Below are positions 37,103 through 47,362 of a stretch of DNA of 64,000 bases, in pieces. Position numbers and translations under genes: made by a program. Location: contig OZ242005.1 of the NCBI GenBank assembly GCA_965204725.1, positions 1,952,001 to 2,016,000 on the forward strand, read 5' to 3'. Below the pieces are notes generated by a model. The model ran no database searches, was not told the DNA's origin, and worked only from the letters and a program-made list of their open reading frames with translations. Numbering within the stretch: position 1 is the first letter of the stretch; each line of letters opens with the position of its first letter. The stretch comes from Candidatus Latescibacterota bacterium. GTDB lineage: Bacteria > Latescibacterota > UBA2968 > UBA8231.

Positions 37103-39685
37103 ATGATGACCTTAAATTCGGATCGTGCTCGTGTGTATTTGGGGGATCGGGGTTTGCGCGGCTGTGTTCTTGCCCTGCTCGCCATCTGCACGGTGTGTTT
37201 CTGGATACGCACGGAGCACATCGCTGGGACTCTGCCTTATCCGCAGCATGTCGATGAGGCCATTATCGCAAACGCAGCGGGCGATATTATGAGGTATGGG
37301 GATTGGCATCCGGGGACCTTCAACTACCCGTCCCTCCCCAAATATCTTGCCGTAGCGGCGATGAGCGTCGGTTTCGTCTTCGCCGCGCCCGAATTGGAAG
37401 TCGTTGTCAACAAACAGCGTGGGATCGACATAAAGGATGATCTTGGGGACGTGTCTATGCCATTCTATACCGTTCCGGTCATTGTCGAGAAAGCGCGGTG
37501 GTTGTTTGCGTTGCTGTCGATCGTGGCCTTGGCGATGAGTGGCGTCGTGGCCTATCAACTGCTAGATCGGCCCAGTGCTTTGATACTTGGGCCGCTCGTG
37601 CTTGCACTCTCCTACGACTTCTTTGATATGTCCAAAAGTTATCTAAACGTCGATATCGTCGGTGCTTGTTTCGTCATGCTGGGCATAGCCGCAGCACTGC
37701 AAGGCACTCGCTGTCCTTCCCCATCGCTGCGCTGGCGCGCTGTCATACCGGCAATCTGTGCCGGCTTGGCGGCCGGCAGCAAGTACACCTACGGCCTTCT
37801 TCTGGTGCCCGTCCTGCTTGCCATCTATCTGTTCATGGAGCGTGGCCGCTGGCTTGGGGCGACGACCATCGCCCTAGCGACGGCGGGCCTATCGTTCCTC
37901 GCGGTCGTTCCATATAGCGTGATTGATCTGCCGACTTTTTTGAACGGACTCGCCACCGACGTTGCTGTTTATGCCACCGGGCATCCGGGCCATGAGGCCA
38001 ACCCCGGACTAGACCAACTCGCTTTCTATGTGTTCTGCCTTGCTCAGGATTTCGGGGTTCCCGGCCTTATTCTCTGTTTGCTGGGTCTGATTTACGCTGT
38101 TGTATCCGACTGGCGCAGGGCGCTTGTCTTCCTCTCATTCCCGGTGGCCTTGTTGGCTTTGCTCTCGGCGCAACAAGTCCACTTCTTGCGCAATATAATG
38201 CCTGTTTTCCCCTGCGTCGCAGTACTCATCGCTTGCGGTATTTACTTCCTTCATGGGTGCTTGATGCGCGTTCCTTGGATTCGCCGGATAGAAGTTCGCG
38301 GGCTTCAAAGCGCGATTGGCGTGGTTGGTTTTCTGGGCATCTTTGCGCTGGGCTTGAACTTACCACTCAGCAATTTTGCCGCCCTACAGATGGAAGTCGC
38401 TGGCGAAACTCGCGTAAGAGCGGTGGCTTGGATAAAGGAGCATGTCGCCACAGACACAACCGTTATCATCCCGGCGGAGCTTTATTTCGACTCCCGCCCG
38501 CTGGCTTCTAGTGGCTATCCGATACGGATAGTGGAATTCAAGTCCCTTGACACGGCGCAGCGCATTGACTCGCTCATGGCGGAAATTCCCGGACCCGTGG
38601 TCGTGCTCGTCCCAAAGTGGGTCGTTGATCTTCGGCAACTGGATGCAGACAGGGCCAAAGCCAAGGCGGCAGCACTGAATGAGGCGGTGAAGCAAGCGCA
38701 ACTTGTGCCGTTAGTTGACTTTGGGTCCTTTGGAGTGGAAATCAATCATTATGACTATGGGGGAGTCCCTGGGGGGAATCCCGGATTTAGCATTGCCCGA
38801 AGAGTGGCCGCCGAGCACGTGAACACGAAAGGAGGTTCTTCCTTCGATGCAAAAAGGCATCGCGCCCAGAGACAACGCTATGTGCAGCAACTCATCGAAC
38901 AGGCTGGCGAGCAGGTGATCCACGCCGACTCAACTTGGCCGATTAGCACTTGGGGCGTAGAACGGGCCGACGAGCAGGTGGGTCGCGCCGGCTGGGACGT
39001 GTACCGCAACGGACGCAAGCTGACCTACCACAAACAGCCGTGTGCCCCCGACGACGGGCAGACGAATTTTGTCTTGCAAGTTAGCCCTAACGACCCAGCC
39101 GACCTGCCAGCCGACCGCCAGCAGCACGGCTTTGACCACCTCGACTTCTATTTCCACATGCACGGCGGCGTCCGGCTCGACGACCAGTGCGTGGTGACCG
39201 CCCAACTCCCCGACTACCCCATCGGCCGCATCCATATCGGCCGGTGGATTGACGGCAACCACCGCATGCTCTGGGAAATGAAGGCCAAACCGTTCGCTGG
39301 AGAAAGGCATCGCGCCCAGAGACAACGCTACGTACAGCAACTCATCGAACAGGCCGACGAGCAGGTGGCTCGCGCCGGCTGGAGCGTGTACCGCACGGGA
39401 CGCCAACTGCTCTACCGCAAAGAGCCATGCGTCCCCGCCGACGTGCAGGCGAAGATCGTTTTACACGTCATCCCCACCGACCCAAATGTCCTTTCCATCG
39501 CCCGCCAGCAGCACGGCTATGACAGCCTCGGCTTCTACTTTGACCAGCGCGGCTTCCAGCTCGACGACCAGTGCATCGCAATCGCCCAACTCCCCGACTA
39601 CGCCATCGACCGCATCCGAGTCGGCCAGTGGATTGCCAAAGAGGACCGCACCCTCTGGGAAGCGGAGTTTTCGGCCAGCCAGTGA
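37103..39685 (+). CDS. array gene 1: GT-C fold glycosyltransferase (ArnT/PMT_2-like) with two C-terminal repeat domains
   Basis: QHVDE in the first loop, FNYPSL, GLAAGSKY, many TM helices; C-terminus homologous to the other array genes; start uncertain (37025 or 37103). Confidence 0.75.
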   Translation: MMTLNSDRARVYLGDRGLRGCVLALLAICTVCFWIRTEHIAGTLPYPQHVDEAIIANAAGDIMRYGDWHPGTFNYPSLPKYLAVAAMSVGFVFAAPELEVVVNKQRGIDIKDDLGDVSMPFYTVPVIVEKARWLFALLSIVALAMSGVVAYQLLDRPSALILGPLVLALSYDFFDMSKSYLNVDIVGACFVMLGIAAALQGTRCPSPSLRWRAVIPAICAGLAAGSKYTYGLLLVPVLLAIYLFMERGRWLGATTIALATAGLSFLAVVPYSVIDLPTFLNGLATDVAVYATGHPGHEANPGLDQLAFYVFCLAQDFGVPGLILCLLGLIYAVVSDWRRALVFLSFPVALLALLSAQQVHFLRNIMPVFPCVAVLIACGIYFLHGCLMRVPWIRRIEVRGLQSAIGVVGFLGIFALGLNLPLSNFAALQMEVAGETRVRAVAWIKEHVATDTTVIIPAELYFDSRPLASSGYPIRIVEFKSLDTAQRIDSLMAEIPGPVVVLVPKWVVDLRQLDADRAKAKAAALNEAVKQAQLVPLVDFGSFGVEINHYDYGGVPGGNPGFSIARRVAAEHVNTKGGSSFDAKRHRAQRQRYVQQLIEQAGEQVIHADSTWPISTWGVERADEQVGRAGWDVYRNGRKLTYHKQPCAPDDGQTNFVLQVSPNDPADLPADRQQHGFDHLDFYFHMHGGVRLDDQCVVTAQLPDYPIGRIHIGRWIDGNHRMLWEMKAKPFAGERHRAQRQRYVQQLIEQADEQVARAGWSVYRTGRQLLYRKEPCVPADVQAKIVLHVIPTDPNVLSIARQQHGYDSLGFYFDQRGFQLDDQCIAIAQLPDYAIDRIRVGQWIAKEDRTLWEAEFSASQ

Positions 39686-39745
39686 TGTGTCACAGCGGCG
39701 GGACCGCGAGACCTCACTACACCACACCAGCCTCCAGCCTTCCAA

Positions 39746-39792
39746 GGATCGAGGGCATCTTGCCCTCGTTGAGGGCGTCCCGCCCTCGATCC
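39746..39792. repeat. REP-like double hairpin
   Basis: GGATCGAGGGC-ATCTT-GCCCTCG-TT-GAGGGC-GTCCC-GCCCTCGATCC. Confidence 0.65.
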
Positions 39793-39937
39793 CGGACGCA
39801 GCGGCAACAGCAGAAAGGGCCTACGCAAAGCAAGGGGCGCGTACTTGGGTTGTCGCTTTTCTAAATTGACTTACAATTTAAGGGAACGTGGTAGCCCAGC
39901 CCGGTAGCCCGCTGAACCCAAACCAAAGGAGGAGATC

Positions 39938-40189
39938 ATGAACTGGAAGCAGTTACTAGCAGTGCTAACCCTAGTCGTACTCATGTTTTCCACGGCCATG
40001 ACCGTCTCAACTCTTTACAATATCTCGGGGTTTGAGAGAGTTGAGGGCAGAATTGGGCAGCTTGAGAGTAAAATTGGGCAGCTTGAGAGTAGAATCGACC
40101 GTCTTGACGACAAGATAGACGGACTCTCGAATGAGGTCGCCGAAATAAAGGGCGCCCTAAAAGCACATAAGATCATGGCGAATAGATAA
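39938..40189 (+). CDS. small membrane-anchored coiled-coil protein
   Basis: SD AAGGAGG; N-terminal hydrophobic helix then heptads IGQLESK/IGQLESR/IDRLDDK; lower GC. Confidence 0.7.
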   Translation: MNWKQLLAVLTLVVLMFSTAMTVSTLYNISGFERVEGRIGQLESKIGQLESRIDRLDDKIDGLSNEVAEIKGALKAHKIMANR

Positions 40190-40279
40190 GTTCTGGCCGA
40201 CCTAAACATTCCTTCCCAAACGTTCACTAATTTTTAGCCACTAAGAATACAGACGTACGTGATTGTTTTTAATAAATTT

Positions 40280-42559
40280 ATGAGGGGAGGAATCATCGTC
40301 CTCGCCGGGCTGGGCACCACGCACATCCTCGTCCGCACTGCCACCTATGGCGCGGCCGTCAACGCCGACACCACCCTTCATCTTTCTACGGCCCTGAACT
40401 TCCTCGCCGGAGAGGGCTGGCAGGATTTCACCGGCTCCAAGGCAATCGAGTGGCCGCCCGGCTTCACCCTGCTGCTAGCGGCCTTCGATTGGATCGGCAT
40501 CGAGCCGCTGGCCGCGGGTCGGTGGGTCAACGCCATCGCCTTCGGGCTGACCATCCTCGCCGCAGGTCTCTGGCTGCACTCAAATCTCCGGTCACAGTGG
40601 CTGACGCTGGCGACCACCGCGATCCTCGCGGCCTCCCTGCCCCTGACCCATTTCGCATCCTACTGCATCACCGAGCCGCTCTTCGTCCTGTTCACGCTCC
40701 TCGCCTTGATCCAACTGGCATCCTTCCTCGACAGAAAGACAGCTTGGTCGCCCCTGCTGCTGGCGGCAGTTTTCACCGCATTGGCCGCACTGACCCGCTA
40801 TGTAGGCGTCGCCCTAATCGGCGCTGGCGTCCTCGTGCTGCTGCCCCTCGCTCGGCTGAGGCACACCTTCGTCTTTGGCGCGATCTCGTCTCTGCCCTTG
40901 CTGGCAGTATTGGCGTACAATTGGGCGGTCTCCCAGACCCTGACCGGGCCGAGACCCGGATCGGGACAGTCTTTGTCAGACTCGCTGAGCCAAGTAATGG
41001 AGGTGTTCCGCGCGTGGGTCGTTCCCCCCAACGCGCCGGCGGGGTTGGCGCCTCTGCTGTGGCTGGCGGTCGCCGTGGTCGGGCTGGCCGGCGCGGCCGT
41101 CGTCCTTCGTTCCGCTCGAAGGCGAAGCGACTTCCGTTTGAAGCCGGCACTCCCTTTCGGGATGTTCGCTGGGGGCTACCTCGTATTCATGATCGTCGTC
41201 GTGCCGCTCACGGTCGGGGAGGGGGTCAACAGCCGCTTCCTGCTGCCGGTGTATGTGCCGTTGCTGTTGACGGCGGTGTTGCTGCTGGATCGGTTCCTGT
41301 CCATCGAGGCTATGGGACAGATGGTGGCCGCCCGCTACGGTCTGACTGCCCTCGTCCTGCTAGCCACCCTCGCCCACGTCGGCTGGTCAGCGCACAGGAA
41401 CCTCACTATTACCGCCGAAGCGCGGGTCGCCGGGTTCGGGATGTACAACAACACCTATTGTGCAAGCTCCGATATCCTGAATTACATCCGGGACAACCGC
41501 ATCAATGGCCGGATGTACAGCAACAACTGCTACCTTACTTGGTTTTGGGACCAGACCGCGGCCCCGGGAAAGCACCAACTTCTCCCAGACGAGATTCACA
41601 GTTTGACGTCGACCATACTGCGGTGGACCAACAGCGGCAGCGCACACATCGCATGGTCCCGGAGTGAAAAGTCTTTTTACGACTTCGACGACCTCGACAT
41701 CCGGGTCCTGCCCGGAGTAGAACCCGTGGCCGAGTTGTACGACGGTGTTGTATTCCGCGTAACGGCCACCGAACCGTTCGATGCGGAAAGGCATCGCGCC
41801 CGAAAACAACGCTACGTAGATCAACTCATCGAGCAGGCTGGCGAGCCGGTAGTCCGCGCTGCTTGGGATGTGTACCGCACAAGACGCAAGCTGACCTACC
41901 TCAAAAACCCGTGTGCCTCCGCCGACACGCAGGCGGAGTTCATCTTGCAGGCCATCCCCGTCGATCCAGCCGACCTGCCCTCCCACCGCAGGCCGTATGG
42001 CTTTGACTCCCTCAGCTTCTATTTCCACATCCGCGGCGGCATCCAGCTCGACGACCAGTGCGTGGTGACCGCCTCTCTCCCCGACTACGACATCAGCCGT
42101 ATCCGAGTCGGCCAGTGGAGTACCGAAGAGAACCGCACCCTTTGGGAAACGACAGCCGAACCGTTCAATGCAGACAGGCATCGCGCCCAAAGACAACGCT
42201 ACGTAGATCAACTCATCGAACAGGCCAGCGAGCAGGTGGCCCGCGCCGGCTGGAGCGTGTACCGCAAGGGACGCAAGCTGATCTACCGCAAAGAGCCGTG
42301 TGCTCCCGCCGACACCCAAGCGAAGCTCGTTTTACACGTCACCCCTGTCGATCCGGCCGACCTGCCGGCTGACCGCGAGCGGCACGGCTTTGACAGCCTC
42401 GGCTTCTATTTTGACCAGCGCGGCTTCCGGCTCGACGACCAGTGCATCGCAATCGCCCAACTCCCCGACTACCCCATCGGCCGCATCCGGGTCGGCCAGT
42501 GGATTGCCGACGGGAACCGCACCGTCTGGGATGCGGAATTTCTGGAGATCGGCGGATAA
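40280..42559 (+). CDS. array gene 2: GT-C fold membrane glycosyltransferase-like, 2 C-terminal repeat domains, replaced N-terminus
   Basis: D..STALNFLAGEGW..WPP loop, TEPLF, ALAALTRY, RFLLPVY motifs; lacks the MPMPEL leader. Confidence 0.75.
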   Translation: MRGGIIVLAGLGTTHILVRTATYGAAVNADTTLHLSTALNFLAGEGWQDFTGSKAIEWPPGFTLLLAAFDWIGIEPLAAGRWVNAIAFGLTILAAGLWLHSNLRSQWLTLATTAILAASLPLTHFASYCITEPLFVLFTLLALIQLASFLDRKTAWSPLLLAAVFTALAALTRYVGVALIGAGVLVLLPLARLRHTFVFGAISSLPLLAVLAYNWAVSQTLTGPRPGSGQSLSDSLSQVMEVFRAWVVPPNAPAGLAPLLWLAVAVVGLAGAAVVLRSARRRSDFRLKPALPFGMFAGGYLVFMIVVVPLTVGEGVNSRFLLPVYVPLLLTAVLLLDRFLSIEAMGQMVAARYGLTALVLLATLAHVGWSAHRNLTITAEARVAGFGMYNNTYCASSDILNYIRDNRINGRMYSNNCYLTWFWDQTAAPGKHQLLPDEIHSLTSTILRWTNSGSAHIAWSRSEKSFYDFDDLDIRVLPGVEPVAELYDGVVFRVTATEPFDAERHRARKQRYVDQLIEQAGEPVVRAAWDVYRTRRKLTYLKNPCASADTQAEFILQAIPVDPADLPSHRRPYGFDSLSFYFHIRGGIQLDDQCVVTASLPDYDISRIRVGQWSTEENRTLWETTAEPFNADRHRAQRQRYVDQLIEQASEQVARAGWSVYRKGRKLIYRKEPCAPADTQAKLVLHVTPVDPADLPADRERHGFDSLGFYFDQRGFRLDDQCIAIAQLPDYPIGRIRVGQWIADGNRTVWDAEFLEIGG

Positions 42560-44941
42560 ATGCCAATGCCTGAGTTGAAAGACGCCGCCATCGAGAAGAT
42601 CGCCCGGTTCGGGCGCGCTCCCTTCGCGCTGCTCATCGTCGTTCTCGCTGGGCTGGGGACAGCGCACATCCTCGTCCGCACCGCTACCTACGGCGCCACG
42701 GTCATCACGGACTCCTTCCATTTCCTTTCTACGGCCCTGAACTTCCTCGCCGGAGAGGGCTGGCGGGATTTCACGGGCGAACCGATGACCTTATGGCCGC
42801 CTTTGTTTCCGCTGCTGCTGGCGGCCTTCGGTTGGGTCGGCGTCGATCCGCTGGAGGCGGGTCGGTGGGTCAACGCCGTGGCCTTTGGGCTGACCATCTT
42901 GGCCGCGGGGGGTTGGCTGTACTCGAACCTCCGGTCGCGGTGGCTGGCACTGGTCGCCACCGGGGTCCTAACGGTCTCCCTGCCCTTGAGTAACTGGGCA
43001 GCCCACTTCATGACCGATCCGCTCTTCGTCCTGTTTACACTCCTCGCCTTGATGCAGTTGGCGGCCTTCCTCAACCGCGGCGCAAGGACATCCCTGTGGT
43101 GGGCGGCGTTTTTCACCGCGCTGGCCGCGCTGACCCGCTATCCGGGCGTGGTCCTGATCGGCGTCGGCGTCCTGCTGCTGCTGGGGTGGCGCACCCGTTC
43201 GCTGGCCGCCCGGTTGAAAGACGCTGTCGTATTTGGGGCGGTCTCATCCATTCCCCTCGCGGGGGTGCTGACGCGCAACTGGGTCGTCTCTGGGACCCTG
43301 ACCGGGCCGAGAAGCGGGGCGGGGCAGTCCCTGTCCGATGGGCTGAGCCAAGTGGTGGATGGATTCCGGGGGTGGGTGATTCCCCCGAACACGCCGGACG
43401 GGTTGGGTTATCTCCTGTCGATAGCGGCCGGACTAGTCGTTCTAGCAGCGGGAGCGGTCGTCTTCTGTCGGGTCGCGGCGTACGGCAGGGGCGGCAAGTC
43501 GCCATCCTTCGGGTTGGGGCCGGTTCTCCCTTTCGGGGGGTTCGCCGCGATTTACCTCGTATTCATCGTCGTCACCGTGCCGCTCGTGGTCCCTTGGGGG
43601 ATGCTCGCCCGCTTTCTGCTGCCGATATACGTGCCGCTGCTGTTGACCGGGGTGTTTTTGCTGGACCGGCTCCTGTGCATTGAGGCGGCGGGATGGATGG
43701 CGGCCGGCCGCTGCGTTGTGGCGGCCCTCGTCTTGCTGGCCACCCTCGCCCACATCGGCTTCTCGGCGCGAGAAAACCTCCGTATTACCATCCAAGCTTA
43801 TGGTGGTGGATACTACTCTTACAACAACACCACCCATTGGCAACAGTCCCTAGATTATATCCGGAATCACCATATTGAGGGCAGGATTTACAGCAATCAC
43901 GCACTCCTTGCTTGGTTTGGGGATAGGACCGCCGCCCTGGGAAAGTACCAGCAGATCCGTGCCGGGTTGCCCGTTTTGGCGAGGGACATGATGCAGTGGA
44001 CCAAAGACGGCATCGGTGCCCATATCGTTTGGTTCCGGTCGTTCGGTGATCAAGGTTTTTACGGCTACGACCTCATGGATATCCGTCTGCTGCCCGGGGT
44101 GGAATCCGTGGCCGAGTTGGCCGACGGCGTGGTATTCCGCGTAACGGCCGCCGAACCCTTCGATGAGGCCAAGCATCGCGCCCGAAAACAACGCTACGTG
44201 CAGCAACTCATCGAACGGGCTGGTGAGTTGGTGGTCCGCGCCGATTGGGACGTGTACCGCACAGGACGCAAGCTGACATACCTCAAAAACCCGTGTGCCT
44301 CCGCCGACACGCAGGCGGAGTTCATCTTGCACGCCACCCCCGTCGATCCAGCCGACCTGCCCTCCCACCGCAGGCCGTACGGCTTTGACTCCCTCAGCTT
44401 CTATTTCAACGTCCGCGGCGGCATCCGGCTCGACGACCAGTGCGTGGTGAGTACCCAACTCCCCGACTACGACATCAGCCGCATCCGAGTCAGCCAGTGG
44501 AGTACCGAAGAGAACCGCACCCTCTGGGAAACGACGGCCGAACCGTTCAATACAGAAAGGCATCGCGCCCAAAGACAACGCTACGTAGATCAACTCATCG
44601 CACAGGCCGACGAGCAAGTGGCCCGCGCTGGCTGGAACGTGTACCGCAAGGGACGCAAGCTCATCTACCGCAAAGAGCCGTGTGCCCCCGCCGACGTGCA
44701 GGCAAAGTTCGTCTTGCACGTCACCCCCACCGACCCAAATGACCTGCTGGCCGACCGCAAGTGGCGCGGCTTTGACAGCCTCGGCTTCTATTTTGACCAG
44801 CGCGGCTTCCGGCTCGACGACCAGTGCATCGCAATCGCCCAACTCCCCGACTACCCCATCGGCCGCATCCGGGTCGGCCAGTGGATTGCCGACGGGAACC
44901 GCACCGTCTGGGAAGCGGAGTTTCTGGAGATCGGCGAATGA
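42560..44941 (+). CDS. array gene 3: GT-C fold membrane glycosyltransferase-like, 2 repeat domains
   Basis: Same motifs; start abuts the upstream stop. Confidence 0.78.
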   Translation: MPMPELKDAAIEKIARFGRAPFALLIVVLAGLGTAHILVRTATYGATVITDSFHFLSTALNFLAGEGWRDFTGEPMTLWPPLFPLLLAAFGWVGVDPLEAGRWVNAVAFGLTILAAGGWLYSNLRSRWLALVATGVLTVSLPLSNWAAHFMTDPLFVLFTLLALMQLAAFLNRGARTSLWWAAFFTALAALTRYPGVVLIGVGVLLLLGWRTRSLAARLKDAVVFGAVSSIPLAGVLTRNWVVSGTLTGPRSGAGQSLSDGLSQVVDGFRGWVIPPNTPDGLGYLLSIAAGLVVLAAGAVVFCRVAAYGRGGKSPSFGLGPVLPFGGFAAIYLVFIVVTVPLVVPWGMLARFLLPIYVPLLLTGVFLLDRLLCIEAAGWMAAGRCVVAALVLLATLAHIGFSARENLRITIQAYGGGYYSYNNTTHWQQSLDYIRNHHIEGRIYSNHALLAWFGDRTAALGKYQQIRAGLPVLARDMMQWTKDGIGAHIVWFRSFGDQGFYGYDLMDIRLLPGVESVAELADGVVFRVTAAEPFDEAKHRARKQRYVQQLIERAGELVVRADWDVYRTGRKLTYLKNPCASADTQAEFILHATPVDPADLPSHRRPYGFDSLSFYFNVRGGIRLDDQCVVSTQLPDYDISRIRVSQWSTEENRTLWETTAEPFNTERHRAQRQRYVDQLIAQADEQVARAGWNVYRKGRKLIYRKEPCAPADVQAKFVLHVTPTDPNDLLADRKWRGFDSLGFYFDQRGFRLDDQCIAIAQLPDYPIGRIRVGQWIADGNRTVWEAEFLEIGE

Positions 44942-47362
44942 ATGCCAATGCCTGAGTTGAAAGACGCCGCCATCGCGTGGCTCGCCCCGTGCTGGCGCAC
45001 CCGCTTCCCCCTGCTCATCGTCTGTATCGCCGGGCTGGGCACCGCGCACATCCTCGTCCGCACTGCTACCTACGGCGCGGCGATCGGCGAGGACGCTACA
45101 ATTTTCCTTTCTACGGCCTTGAACTTCCTCGCGGGAGAAGGCTGGCTGGATCTCGTGGGCAGACCGCTGGTGGGGTGGCCGCCCTTGTTCCCCCTGCTGC
45201 TGGCAGCCTTCGGTTGGGTCGGCATCGAGCCGCTGGAAGCGGGTCGCTGGATCAACGCCACCGCCTTTGGGCTGACCATCCTAGCCGCAGGTCTCTGGCT
45301 GCACTCAAATCTCCGGTCGCGGCTGCTGACGCTGGTCGCCACCGCAATCATCGCGACCTCCCTGCCCTTGAGCCATCTGGCGTCAAGCTTCTTGACCGAG
45401 CCGCTCTTCGTCCTGTTCACGCTCCTCGCCTTGATCCAGTTGGGGACTTTCCTCAATTGCGGCGGGAGGACGCCCCTACTGCTAGCCGCGGTTTTCACCG
45501 CCTTGGCCGCACTGACCCGCTATCAGGGGCCCGCCCTGATAGCGGGCGGCGTCCTGTTGCTGCTGCTCTGCGCCCGGCTGAAGCATACCCTCGTCTTTGT
45601 CGCGATCTCGTCTGTGCCCTTGCTGGCGGTATTGGTGCGCAATTGGGCCGTCTCCGGGACCCTGACCGGGCCGAGATCCGGCGTGGGACAGTCCCTATTC
45701 GATGGACTAAGCCAGACCGTCGATGTGTTCCGCACGTGGGTCGTCCCCTCCAACGCGCCGGGCTGGTTCGGTTATCTCCTGTGGCTGGCTTTCGGAGTTG
45801 TCGTCCTCGCCAGCGCGGCGGTCGTCCTGCGCACCAGCAGAGCACCCACAAGGGACGCTGCCGACTCCCCATCGTATTTCCGTTTGAGGCCGGCTCTCCC
45901 TTTCGGGGTGTTCGCCGGAGTCTATCTGTCATTGATGGCCGTCGTGCCCTTATTCGTGTTGCAGGCGGGCATCGAAAGCCGCTACCTGCTGCCGGTGTAT
46001 GTGCCGCTGCTGTTGGCGGCGATGTTGCTGCTGGATCGGTTCCTGTCCATCAAGGCTACGGGCCGGATGGCCGCGACCCAGTACGGGGTGGCGTCCCTCG
46101 TCTTGCTGGGAGCCTGCGCCCACGTCGGCAGCTCGGCGCACAGGAACCTCACTATTACCGCCGAAGCGTGGGTCGCCGGGTTCGGGATCTACAACAACGA
46201 CTATTGTGCAACCTCCGAGATACTGAATTACCTCCGGGACACCCCCATCGATGGCCGGATATACAGCAACAACTGCTTCCTTGCTTGGTTTTGGGATCGG
46301 ACCGCGGCCCCGGGAAAGTACCATTATATCCCAGACCAGATTCACAGTTTGACGTCGGTCATACACAGCGACAGCGACAGCGCGCATATCGTATGGTCCC
46401 GGAGTGAAAAGTCTTTTTACGACTTCGACGATCTCGACATCCGGGTCCTGCCCGGCGTGGAACCCGTGGCCGAACTGGCCGATGGCGTGGTATTCCGCGT
46501 AACGGCCGCCGAGCCGTTCGATGCAAAAAGGCATCGCGCCCGCAAACAACGCTATGTGCAGCAACTCATCGAACAGGCCGGCGAGTTGGTGATCCACGCC
46601 GACTCGACGTGGCCGGTCAGCACTTGGGGCGTAGAACGGACCGACGAGCAGGTCGCCCGCGCCGGCTGGGACATGTACCGCAACGGACGCAAGCTGACCT
46701 ACCACAAAAAGCCGTGTGCCCCCGACGATGTGGAGGCGAATTTCGTCTTGCAAGTCAGCCCGGACGAACCGGCCTACCTGTCAGCCGACCGCAGGCAGTA
46801 CGGCTTTGACCACCTCGACTTCAATTTTCGCATCCACGGCGGCGTCCGGCTCGACGAGCAGTGTGTGGTGACCGCCCAACTTCCCGACTACCCCATCAGC
46901 CACCTCTATATCGGCCGGTGGATGGCCGGCAACGACCGCATGCTCTGGGAAGTGAAGGCCGAATCGTTCAAGTCGGAAAGGCACCCCGCCCAGAGACAAC
47001 GCGACGCGGAGCAACTCATCGCACAGGCCGGCGAGCCGGTGGTTCGCGCCGACTGGAGCGTGTACCGCACCGGACGCAAGCTGACCTACCGCAAACAGCC
47101 CTGCGGCCCCGACGACGTGCAGGCGAAGTTCATTTTGCACGTCACCCCCGCCGACCCCAACGACCTGCCGACCAACCGCCAGCGGCACGGCTTTGAAAGC
47201 TTCAGCTTCTATTTTGACCAGCGCGGCTTCCAACTCGACGACCAGTGCATCGCAATCGCCCAACTCCCCGACTCCCCCATCGGCCGCATCCGAGTTGGCC
47301 AGTGGATTTCCAAAGGGAACCGCACCGTCTGGGAAGCGGAGTTTCTGGAGATCGGCGAATGA
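44942..47362 (+). CDS. array gene 4: GT-C fold membrane glycosyltransferase-like, 2 repeat domains
   Basis: Same motifs; start abuts the upstream stop. Confidence 0.78.
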   Translation: MPMPELKDAAIAWLAPCWRTRFPLLIVCIAGLGTAHILVRTATYGAAIGEDATIFLSTALNFLAGEGWLDLVGRPLVGWPPLFPLLLAAFGWVGIEPLEAGRWINATAFGLTILAAGLWLHSNLRSRLLTLVATAIIATSLPLSHLASSFLTEPLFVLFTLLALIQLGTFLNCGGRTPLLLAAVFTALAALTRYQGPALIAGGVLLLLLCARLKHTLVFVAISSVPLLAVLVRNWAVSGTLTGPRSGVGQSLFDGLSQTVDVFRTWVVPSNAPGWFGYLLWLAFGVVVLASAAVVLRTSRAPTRDAADSPSYFRLRPALPFGVFAGVYLSLMAVVPLFVLQAGIESRYLLPVYVPLLLAAMLLLDRFLSIKATGRMAATQYGVASLVLLGACAHVGSSAHRNLTITAEAWVAGFGIYNNDYCATSEILNYLRDTPIDGRIYSNNCFLAWFWDRTAAPGKYHYIPDQIHSLTSVIHSDSDSAHIVWSRSEKSFYDFDDLDIRVLPGVEPVAELADGVVFRVTAAEPFDAKRHRARKQRYVQQLIEQAGELVIHADSTWPVSTWGVERTDEQVARAGWDMYRNGRKLTYHKKPCAPDDVEANFVLQVSPDEPAYLSADRRQYGFDHLDFNFRIHGGVRLDEQCVVTAQLPDYPISHLYIGRWMAGNDRMLWEVKAESFKSERHPAQRQRDAEQLIAQAGEPVVRADWSVYRTGRKLTYRKQPCGPDDVQAKFILHVTPADPNDLPTNRQRHGFESFSFYFDQRGFQLDDQCIAIAQLPDSPIGRIRVGQWISKGNRTVWEAEFLEIGE

